This document shows, piece after piece, positions 12,445 through 22,288 of a DNA stretch of 64,000 nt. The notes beneath the pieces were generated by a model that saw nothing but the letters and a program-made list of their open reading frames with translations, searched no databases and was not told where the DNA came from. Origin of the DNA: Sporopachydermia quercuum. Lineage: Eukaryota. Numbering within the stretch: the first letter of the stretch is position 1; the number at the start of each line of letters is the position of its first letter. The stretch is taken from positions 682,001-746,000 of the forward strand of contig BCGN01000008.1 in assembly GCA_001599295.1 (NCBI GenBank). The letters are read 5' to 3'. The translations under genes and the position numbers were made by a program.

Positions 12445-14838
12445 TTATACCCAAGAACTGTAATCTGAATACAGTTCATCCTCAAACAAGCCTTCCGTTC
12501 CAGGAAACAAGCCAATTGAAAGTTCTGATCCTGTGGCATTAGTTGAACTTGTAGGGCTTGTTGATCCAATGTTTGATATGCCTGCAATACTATTACGTAT
12601 TTTCTGTTGTTTCAGTCGTTTCTTCTTCCTTTGTAATCTAGCTTGCATGGATCTAATTGGAGTTAAAAGAAGTTCTCGATTGGCACTTGACATTCTTCTG
12701 CTTGGATTTGTCCCGTGATTGTTTGTTATATTTCCAGAAATCGCACTATTGATGATCCCATTATTTCCGTTGATATTCCCACTAGAGCCAGACACGGAAG
12801 TTCGGACAGAATTCCCAGACCGGGACGCCCTCCGGTTATTTCCGGAAAGCGATACCGAATTCGACCGATTCCGAGAACCAGATTTATTGTACGAATGCGA
12901 ATGATATATATTACTAGCGGACACCGGAGATTCTTCATAAACATGATAATCCCGAATTCCTCTGTTCCGATAGGCCGAAAGAGGAATCTTCCGACGGGCC
13001 CAGTAATCCTCATCAAACACTTCCGAGTTTTTGTCCATTGGTGTGTCCAGGGTAGAATACTCATTGTCCTCTAACTCCGAAGTGTATATTAAGTCATCTA
13101 GAGCAAAATCAGGTCCAATGTTACTATGGTGCTGCTGTGGATATTCCTGCTCATTGCTTGATTCTTCCGACAAATCTGTCCCCAGCTTTTTATTACCATG
13201 TCCTTTCCTTCCATTGGCTCGAGCAAAAGGTGGTGGCGATAATGATCTGGTGTTCACACCGTCGATAATGCCGAAAGGTTGTTCTCTGTTAGCCACCCAC
13301 GTACCGAGGACCGGTGGTCTGTTGCCCATAGAAGCGGAAGAAAGTACTTCTTTGGCCATACGAGATCCGATATTTCGGCGAGTTGAAGGTGGAGGAATCG
13401 TTAAATCTTCGTCTGTGGATTCTCCCGAATCGGAATAAATATGAGGGGACATGGACAACCCACTAGGAGGAGTAGTAAGATTTGAGGCCGAATTCACAAT
13501 AAGATTCTTGTTGGAACCAGAAGCACCAGATGAGGAAACCTTCCGGAGAGAAACAGATCCTCTTCGGGAAGACACGGAAGCTCTTCTGTTCATCATATCC
13601 TTAAATACGGAAGAACCTTGTCCAGGAGTATCGGAAGCATCGATTAGGATATTAGCGTAATCATCGGAAGAAATGGACCCTTCGGAATCGGAGAAAAAGT
13701 ACGTCCATAGAAAGGAGTCATCATCCAGATCAACTTCGGCATCGTCATCAAGTTCGATTTTACTTAAACCTGATCGGCTGGATTTTGAAGTTCCCGATAT
13801 CTTTTCCGGTTTTCTTACTGCCAGGGCATTCTGAAGATAATCATCGTCAGGACCCTCAAAAAATGGATCATTCCATAGGAAATCAGACTCGGAAGAAGAC
13901 TCCTCTTCCCAAGCATTGTCTGATAAATTCTCGGAAGCTTGAGTTGACATGTAATCGGCTATAGAACCAATTTCGGAAACTTGCTCCTGTTCTGATTGCA
14001 TAAATTCGCCTGAAGGTATGCTTAGTGAACCGTCCAAGTCATTTAATATGGCTTCTTCTTCCTCTTTCATGAGAGATTTATCTTCGTCATCTCCAGTTTC
14101 CGAACCGAGATCATCTCCGTTTTCTGATTCTATTGCCGCTAATAAAGCATCATTATCTATATCGGATTCACCTTCAGATTCATCGGAAACTGAGGCTTCG
14201 GGAATTTCTGGGACAACTAATTGTGGTACCTGTGCAGAACCTATATCTGTATTACGCCTTCTTCTATTGAAGCTTTGCTTTCTTTCCACTACTTTCTCTC
14301 CCACATCTTCTTCTTCTTCATCGTTACAATCATCAAAAGCTGTTCCGTTATTATCACCGAAATCAAAATCAAAATCTATATCTTCCGTTGGTACAATTAA
14401 GTCAGTTTGAACTTCGTCTGTTCCGTCTGTATCAATGGAGTCTATTTCATCGTCATCGTCGTCGTCGGACATAATGGCATGTTCATCATTAGCCAACATG
14501 GCTTTATATTTACTCCTACTGATCAAACCTCCAGACATAACACTATCATTTCCGTCTGAATGATCATTATTGTAGAAGTTGTCCTCATCTTCATCTATTT
14601 CTGCGTCGTCATCGTCATCATCGTCGTCATCGTCATCAAGAACAATGTAGCTGTCAGAATCAGATTCAGAATCTGAAGCTAATAAGGACAACTTTCTTGT
14701 AGGTTTCCGTTTGACTTTTGAAGATGATTTCTTGGGTTGAGCATTTGGTGAAGCTTGTCTTGCTCTAACTAAGGCAGCAAGAGATTTTCCTCCAACAGCT
14801 GGATTCCTTGTAAAGGATTTGCTATTCTTTCGTTTCAT
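12445..14838 (-). CDS. IFH1: Ribosomal-protein gene coactivator Ifh1/Crf1 family
   Basis: Highly acidic 797-aa protein with the forkhead-binding block ESTDEDLTIPPPS..NIGSRMAKEVLSS..RPPVLGTW..PFGIIDG. Confidence 0.85.
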   Translation of the reverse strand: MKRKNSKSFTRNPAVGGKSLAALVRARQASPNAQPKKSSSKVKRKPTRKLSLLASDSESDSDSYIVLDDDDDDDDDDDAEIDEDEDNFYNNDHSDGNDSVMSGGLISRSKYKAMLANDEHAIMSDDDDDDEIDSIDTDGTDEVQTDLIVPTEDIDFDFDFGDNNGTAFDDCNDEEEEDVGEKVVERKQSFNRRRRNTDIGSAQVPQLVVPEIPEASVSDESEGESDIDNDALLAAIESENGDDLGSETGDDEDKSLMKEEEEAILNDLDGSLSIPSGEFMQSEQEQVSEIGSIADYMSTQASENLSDNAWEEESSSESDFLWNDPFFEGPDDDYLQNALAVRKPEKISGTSKSSRSGLSKIELDDDAEVDLDDDSFLWTYFFSDSEGSISSDDYANILIDASDTPGQGSSVFKDMMNRRASVSSRRGSVSLRKVSSSGASGSNKNLIVNSASNLTTPPSGLSMSPHIYSDSGESTDEDLTIPPPSTRRNIGSRMAKEVLSSASMGNRPPVLGTWVANREQPFGIIDGVNTRSLSPPPFARANGRKGHGNKKLGTDLSEESSNEQEYPQQHHSNIGPDFALDDLIYTSELEDNEYSTLDTPMDKNSEVFDEDYWARRKIPLSAYRNRGIRDYHVYEESPVSASNIYHSHSYNKSGSRNRSNSVSLSGNNRRASRSGNSVRTSVSGSSGNINGNNGIINSAISGNITNNHGTNPSRRMSSANRELLLTPIRSMQARLQRKKKRLKQQKIRNSIAGISNIGSTSPTSSTNATGSELSIGLFPGTEGLFEDELYSDYSSWV
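14605..14637 (-). repeat. Trinucleotide (GAY)11 tract encoding poly-Asp in IFH1
   Basis: gtc/atc repeats on the + strand; D11 in the translation. Confidence 0.85.
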
Positions 14839-16002
14839 AGCTGAGGATATGATAGCTTATGAAACTATTAGCAATACTATTAACAATTATATGATACGTT
14901 CTTCTTCGCAAGTGCGTTTTATGGTCCCGTTTGGATTTATATCTCAGTTTGCTGTTCTGATCTGAGTTATTATTTACTGTTGAAGTTTTTGTTGATCTGA
15001 CCGTAAAGCGAACCCTTTCCTTGGGAAAGGGTTGAACACAGGTTGATTAAATGATAAGAAACAAGAACGCAAATCGAAATTTCAATACCTAATCTGATGA
15101 GATGATTGTATTGTGCAAGATATAATATGCCACTACTTTTGCTTTTGTTTTTGTTTCTATTGTTGATTATGTTAATGACTAGTGTAGAATAGGGATATAT
15201 ATAGAGCATTCTCTTCTTTTGGTAATATGATTTGATCCCTTCAGAGTAACCGAACAAAGGATTAATTGCAATTGTAGTAAACAATACTTCTTTCTTGATT
15301 TAACAGACTATTAACCTTCTGTTGTGTAAAACTTCTGTCTGATTGGTGATTATGTGATTATGCATGAATGTGTGCTTTGCCTTAGTAGAGTACACAGTGG
15401 TAAAACGTAGAAAGTCACATATATATATGAGTTGTTCTCAATATTTGATAATGACAAATAATTTAGATACCGTTCGGCAATAGCTAATTATCTGATTTTC
15501 TTTTTCCCCTATTTCTTAGGTTGTATAACCAACCAACCAACAAAGCTTTGTTGCTTCTTGAGCTATCTTGATAGCTAACTGTATGTGTAGGTTGAATGAT
15601 GCCTTACGACATTAACCAATCAAGCCTGAACTGTTTATGGTTCTTTTTTAGCAATCCAAATATTATTTAGGCGCTGTTCAATCAAAATCAACAATTGATT
15701 CAACAACAAGCTGGTTTTTCTAGTTTCTAGTAACTGGGTCAATCAATTGTAAAACTGTTTCATTTTTTTACCCTCAACATTCTTTAGCTGAATAGCTAAC
15801 TATATGATTATTTCTCATTAGCTTAAGGAAATTTGTATGTATTATTGATTCCTTCACTTTGTAAAATTTTTTTTGTCTCGGGAGAGCCCCTTGGGGGTAT
15901 GATTTAAATCTGTCCAGATATTTGCAATTGGACTTTTTGGACGAAAAGATAAGAGTGTGAGAGGGGTTATAAGGAGATTGGAATAGATCAAGGGAGGTAG
16001 GG

Positions 16003-16010
16003 CACGTGAT
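16003..16010. promoter_or_regulatory. Cbf1-type E-box in the IFH1/GTB1 divergent promoter
   Basis: CACGTGAT equals RTCACGTG on the minus strand. Confidence 0.4.
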
Positions 16011-16278
16011 GTATGTTCTTGCCTTAGAATGGCAGTGAGAGTGTATGTGATGATCAATTGTCTGTCAAGAAAGAATACAATTGAATAAATATGTTTGAAA
16101 GCGTGAAATATTAGGATCATTGCTTGGATATTTGCTATGATTATTGCCGTTTGATAATATACTGTATAAGATAGTATACTACACTAAGGTACTGGATAAT
16201 ATTGTTTACTACGGGATGGTTTATTGCTAGGAGTAAGCATACTAGAATATATTACTTGCTCAATCTTACGTGGTTATC

Positions 16279-17973
16279 ATGATAGTATTTCTACTGTATA
16301 TAATTATATTGATTGCCTCTGTTGGTATAAGCAGAGCCAATGTAAATATACCAATTAAAGGAGTCTCACCAGAAAGACAATATTTGTATAATCCAGCTGA
16401 AAAAGGTACGTGGAAATGTCTAAACGATGACAGCATTGAGATAGGTTTCAGCCAAATAAATGACGATTACTGTGATTGTCCAGACGGTAGCGATGAACCA
16501 GGCACCGGTGCTTGCAATTTACAAGAACTCAATTTAGCAGCCGCAGATTTAGAGGAATCTCAATTGTTTTACTGTGCAAATTCAGGCTTTAAACCTGGCT
16601 ATTTGGCTTTCTGGAAAGTGAATGATGGTGTCTGTGATTATAACATCTGTTGTGATGGGTCTGATGAACCAGAAGGCAAATGCGAGAACAAATGTCAGGA
16701 GTATAAAACAAGTTATGAGATTGAAATGAAAACTCAGAGGCAAATCTTGGATAAAGGATTGAGTATTAAAAAGCGCCTGGAAACGGAGGGTTTGAAACTG
16801 AAAACGGAAATTCAAAATGAGATTTCTAAGAAAGAAGCTGAATTGGCCGAACTTGAAAGGGAGCTCTTAGACAGAAGCAAAAATGCTGTAGAGTCGGAAA
16901 TCTCACCTGCTGAACAGTTAGTAGAAACAATAAAACATCTTTCTGAGCTGGTTGAAACTCTTCAAAATGAATTGATTACAGCAGAAAGAAAAGCATTGAT
17001 ATCCAACGGGAAATCCGATTCTGATTCACCTTTCTTATCTATTCTTCGTGAGCTTTCGGAGAACTACAATCCTAATTTCAATGATCAAGCAGTGAAGAAG
17101 GCTATCCAGGCTTATCAAAACCATGTTTCGAACCAACAAGAAGACACTTCAGGTAGTGACCCCTCTGCTTCTGTTCAGCTAGATAATGGTGCAGGATTTC
17201 AAGAGAAATTAGGAGAAATACATACTGGCATCTCCCAAATAGTGAATATTGTTAATCCTGATGAACTCAGTAAAAAAGCTAAGTCAAGTGAATTGCAATC
17301 ATTCGGACAACGAGTAAAAGACTTAGGTATGGATATGTTAGAATCGCTCTTTCCTGGCGTATTCAAAGAATCCTCAGAACATGAATCAATCAATGGTGAA
17401 GGNCCCAGCTTGGTTCCAGGATTAAATTCGGATTCAACGAAAAGCTCACAGCCTCTTGGCGATGAGAAGATCAACAATCTGAAGGAAGAGATATCTGCAT
17501 TAGAATCGGAATTTTCAAAAGACTTCGGCCCTTCTGAGCTATTTCGCTCTTTAAGCACTAAATGCTTATACGGAAAGTTATCAGACTACTCCTATTCACT
17601 ATGCTTTATGAAAGATCTCCATCAAATAGACCGTAATATGAAAGTGAATATTGGCAAATTCAATTCCGTGCGACTGATCACCGAACAAGGAGAAGGATCT
17701 TTAGAGGTAGGACCTGGCATTATTCCAGGGTTGAACGATGAAAAATATATCTTGATTAATTATGAAAATGGTGATAAATGTTGGTCCGGGCCAGTTAGAA
17801 GAGCAACTGTGAAAGTGATCTGCGGAATCGAAGATGAATTGGTTGCCGTGACGGAACCTGAAAGATGTGAGTATTTTTTCACTGTGAAGTCACCTATTGG
17901 ATGCTTTGAAACAGAAGAATATGAAGAAAAAACGGAGAAAGAGTCTAGTAGTGTTGATCACGATGAGCTTTGA
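16279..17973 (+). CDS. GTB1: Glucosidase II beta subunit
   Basis: First ATG at 16279. Signal peptide, Cys-rich INDDYCDCPDGSDEPGT, C-terminal MRH domain (YENGDKCWSGP.R..EPERCEY) and terminal HDEL. Confidence 0.93.
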   Translation: MIVFLLYIIILIASVGISRANVNIPIKGVSPERQYLYNPAEKGTWKCLNDDSIEIGFSQINDDYCDCPDGSDEPGTGACNLQELNLAAADLEESQLFYCANSGFKPGYLAFWKVNDGVCDYNICCDGSDEPEGKCENKCQEYKTSYEIEMKTQRQILDKGLSIKKRLETEGLKLKTEIQNEISKKEAELAELERELLDRSKNAVESEISPAEQLVETIKHLSELVETLQNELITAERKALISNGKSDSDSPFLSILRELSENYNPNFNDQAVKKAIQAYQNHVSNQQEDTSGSDPSASVQLDNGAGFQEKLGEIHTGISQIVNIVNPDELSKKAKSSELQSFGQRVKDLGMDMLESLFPGVFKESSEHESINGEXPSLVPGLNSDSTKSSQPLGDEKINNLKEEISALESEFSKDFGPSELFRSLSTKCLYGKLSDYSYSLCFMKDLHQIDRNMKVNIGKFNSVRLITEQGEGSLEVGPGIIPGLNDEKYILINYENGDKCWSGPVRRATVKVICGIEDELVAVTEPERCEYFFTVKSPIGCFETEEYEEKTEKESSSVDHDEL

Positions 17974-18131
17974 TTGGGATGAGTTGTATGAATAGGAATA
18001 CTGATCTATGATTTACGAATAGTGTCAGAGCATATAGTTATATAGATAGTTAAACAAAGAAGTATTATTTATTACTAGCTATTTTCTGAGAAAGACTCAT
18101 TAAATAAATATTTTATTGACCACGTATGATT

Positions 18132-19469
18132 TTATGAAATATATGTTATTTCTGTGATTGCCAATCCTTTCTCCTCCTTCACAACTTCTTTTCCATTTAT
18201 TGAATCAAATAGCTTCAATTCAGCTTCATTGCAGTATTGGAAAATGAAAGGCTTGATACCAGTTAAATTATTCACTGCAGACTTTACTACCGAAGGCATC
18301 TCTTTCAAAACATCTATTCGTTCAATAAGCTGTTCTAAACCTTGAGACATTGAAGCTTTAATTGCTTTGTGCTCTTGTATAAACTCAACGTTAATTGACT
18401 TAGGAACCTTCCATCCTGTTACTACATCAGTTTCATCATTTCTATGCTCAAAGTTATTATTTACCGAAACCAGTTTTAAGCTATTTGATTCGACAACAGC
18501 TGCAACAGAAACTTTCACCTGGTCAAACTGAGAGGGTGTAGTGAATTCCATAATAACAGCAGACAAAGATTTAGAATTGAAAAACGAGAAATTCCAGCTA
18601 GAAGCTGCGTTGTAAGGTTTTAGACCTTGCATAGCTTTAATCATTAATCCTCTTGCGGAATCATTATTACCGTTGAATTTCAATGCTTTGTCAGGAGTGG
18701 TAATATGTCCTTCAATCAAACATCGGGGCCAAAATGAATGCCTCATTGTTCCTTTAGGCCGACTAATATTAGGACCATAGTATGAAACCCCATGATTCTC
18801 GGAATTTCCAACGACAAATCCTTGGCTTTCTTTCCGATACTTTAAATCTAATGAGAATTGTTTTTCCGGTATTTCTGCCTTGATCCAAAATTCATTTTCA
18901 GATGATTGGACAAACTTAGCAGATATTTCTGAACTTGCAGCTGTAATTCCAACAGCATATTCATCTGATTTACTGTGAGCACCTTCTTTCTGCTTAAAGT
19001 TGATGAATTGGAAATGTGATAACTTCACAGAGTACCATCGACTCTCCTTCGGATCCTTCACATTATAAATACGGCAAGTTAATTGAGCAGTGGCTGACAA
19101 AAAGCCAATCAAGTTGGAATACACAATTTGAGCAAAACCACAGTTTCCGTTCTCAGGATCCAGAAAATAAAATGTTTGTGTTTGAACATTGGATTTGACA
19201 TGCGGTAGCCAACCTAAGTCAGCTTCATTTGGCTCAACATAAATATTTTCTTCATTGTTGGATTCATCACCAATGAACTCTGTTACAGGATGGAAATGCA
19301 AAAATTGGGAGCCTTCATCTTTAGAATCCAGCGAGCTATGTTTATGTTAATCTTCTGATTAATGATTATCTAGTAGTGTGAATTTCTATTGTCTAATCAT
19401 AATATAACAAGAGCACAGCTTGATAGTAAATACTTACTTTCTGGTTGATTCTCTAAACAGGTTCAACAT
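18132..19469 (-). CDS. Svf1-family protein (by position likely the YDR222W/YLR225C type), 2 exons, ~411 aa
   Basis: Exons 19469-19438 and 19335-18132; intron GTAAGT...GATTAAC...CATAG keeps frame. Motifs VQTQTFYF, FAQIVYSN, MRHSFWPR, AMQGLKP..AASSWNF and GIKPFIFQY. Confidence 0.85.
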
Positions 19470-20522
19470 TATATATGAAAAAGTCTTACTATCCCAACGT
19501 AACTCAGCTTCTAGCAATCAATTGACTGTGATTGATTTGGCTTCTTTCCTTCTCTCTGCTTAATCTGTTCGAATCACAAACCAGCGACTGACTCTATCTC
19601 CAATATTTTGTTCTAGTAAACCTATCAACAGTAATTGCCTCAGGTATCCTCTATTTAAATGCACAGTAAATCTAGCTCCAACTTATAACGACGATCTTCT
19701 ATTTTACAATATGATACAATCTTCTTCAATACATTCAAAAACAACTACAGCAAGTAAGTAATAAAATGAAATAACTATCACCCGTCATTATATAAAAAAT
19801 CACTCGAAAATTGGGAATAACAAAGAATTATTCAGCATCCTGGTCTTTGCAACCATTTTAACTTCTTGCCACAGAAAGTTGCAAGAGCCCTCTTAAATAC
19901 ATCGGACATTCATACTTAACTATTGAGTAAAGTGTATATAGGAAGGGATGACATAGATGAATTAAAGAATTACCGAGAAACCCTATGGAGAACTGGCAAA
20001 CTTACAATGGATAACAGATCTAATTGTACCAAAAACGGTAGCCGTTGGAGATCTATTCCTTTCACAGCCTTACTGTTTATTCCTTCAGTCATCACTAGCA
20101 ATAAATCCCGATCCGGCTTTAAACTCCGANCATTGAATTGATGAAGCAAACTTAGTTGATCAGAATATATTGTACGGGGAGCCACAACGATGTTGAATCA
20201 GCTGCCAAATGGCTGTGGTTAAGTCTTCTTTCCTGCATAATTACGTAGCCATACATTAAGACACATTATTTAAGTTTCATTTCCTTGGCAAATCCTCCAT
20301 CATGTCACGCGGATCGCTTCTTATCGGCATGTCGTCTCCTCTCCTCTTATCGTATGGTTTCCTTGACATTAAGTATTGAATCTATCTTCATTATGGAGCT
20401 AGCAAACGAAACATACAAACCGTTATTGTTCAGTTATAGTGCCAATATAGGCACGACGCATAACCAACGATTTTAATGAACTAATCCATTAGATTCAATA
20501 CGTAAAGTTTTGTCGACAGCAA

Positions 20523-21473
20523 ATGTCCTCACAGTTAACACTACAACAATCATCCCCGCGAAACAATGAACCAAGGCAAATGCATATGATAGGTAACAAC
20601 GAAAAGGTAGTAGACATAATATGGGGATTGATTTTCGTGTTTCTTGATTATTCCGATATTTCGTCTTTGAGTAAAGTTTGTCGACAGTTCCGGCAGTTAA
20701 TTCAATCGGATGAGTTTCGGATGTTCTATTNAAGTCGGGTCAACTATCTGGTTAAATTACAGTTAACTCATAGTCTACAATCAAGACCTTCAACCAAACA
20801 ATTGTATTCTCGGCATATTTTACTTTATTGCAATGCCGATCCATGCTTACACAACTTACTCCGGAAGACGGAAAAGCAATTAATTCGAGATCAATTGCAG
20901 AAGCAATTACGGAAAAGACCATCAAAGGAATCTCTAATTGCTAATAATATCATCCCTTCTATACCGATTGCTTCAAAAGTGAGACAACTATCATTCAGCA
21001 GGACAAAAGATAGTTTAGAAGCTATATTGAGACACAGGATTAAAGCAAAACAACTGTTTCCGTTATCTGATTATCGCTGGTTTGAAAGATCCAATGGCAA
21101 AATTGTTTTAATTAATGGCCCTCGTAGTGGTTATAAAACTAAAGACAATGCCCAATCAATACCGAGAGTAAGAGTTCATAGATTGAAGGTTTATTACGAA
21201 AATCTTGCTACTATAGATTCAGAAATTGGTATCCCCGGCTGTGGAAATTTATGTTACTTTGAAGTTGAATCTCAATGGTTAAAACGTTTGCAATGGTTAT
21301 ACTGTGGAAACGATGAAGTAGGATACTATGGAGAGAGAGGAAATAACAATAAGAGTGGTAAGAGCAGAATTCAACATACCAGAAATTGGAGTTACAGCTG
21401 GTCTTCTTGTTTGAAAAAACAATTTTCTGGCAGTATAAACGATGGTGTATTTTTTCATGATATTCTTGTTTGA
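20523..21473 (+). CDS. F-box protein with RPEL-like repeats
   Basis: F-box-like segment DIIWGLIFVFLDYSDISSLSKVCRQFRQL, followed by L..RPSTKQLYSRHIL and LRKRPSKESLIANNII, which fit the RPxxxL RPEL pattern. Confidence 0.7.
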   Translation: MSSQLTLQQSSPRNNEPRQMHMIGNNEKVVDIIWGLIFVFLDYSDISSLSKVCRQFRQLIQSDEFRMFYXSRVNYLVKLQLTHSLQSRPSTKQLYSRHILLYCNADPCLHNLLRKTEKQLIRDQLQKQLRKRPSKESLIANNIIPSIPIASKVRQLSFSRTKDSLEAILRHRIKAKQLFPLSDYRWFERSNGKIVLINGPRSGYKTKDNAQSIPRVRVHRLKVYYENLATIDSEIGIPGCGNLCYFEVESQWLKRLQWLYCGNDEVGYYGERGNNNKSGKSRIQHTRNWSYSWSSCLKKQFSGSINDGVFFHDILV

Positions 21474-22288
21474 TTGGCGTATAGATATGGGATATGTAGG
21501 TATAGGGAAACTGTGAATACACTGGATATGGATTGACTTAGGGATATGAATGAATAAATAGTAAAATCTGCTATTATAAATAGTTGTCAATTTTTTTCGA
21601 TTGTCTGAAATATGATTTTATAATACATGATTTTATTATTAGTTATCAATACTGCAGAGTTCTAAGGTAAATATTCTTGATTATTACTATGACGATAATG
21701 GATAGATAGATCCAAAGATATAATAGGAGACAACTGGTCTTTCAAAATTTAGCTTATAATGTCTTTACCGAGATGTTCAAAATAATGACTGGGGAATGCA
21801 TTATCCCACATTCAAGAGCAGCAGCAATAACCTATGACCCAGATTNTCGTAGTAGTATATCACTACGTGAAATCTATTATCATTCTCATTTCGCTCATAT
21901 TACTCTGCTACTAATTCCGCTAAGTATCCACAACGTTGTTGATTCTTATTGAAATCAATCAATTTAGTTCACTTTTAGAGCAACAGTGAATCAGTCTGTG
22001 CTGTAACAAATAGAAGTAATTTCTATCTTCCATTCTCCTGTTTACAGTTCAGCTATTATTAACAGTAGCCAATTTATTAGTTGCCCAACTTACAGTCATA
22101 CTTTGAGAGAAGACAACTCAACTTTTATCCCTAAACGTTCAATCAGAATAAACTATTGGTTGTGTATTGGTTGTGTGGTGTTTCGAGCATTGCTTTTCAA
22201 GTTGTTTGCTAAGCACATTTCCATTCGAAACTATGTCCCAATACGTTATTTACCATAAAGACAATTTAAGCCGCAACCAATCCTGGTC

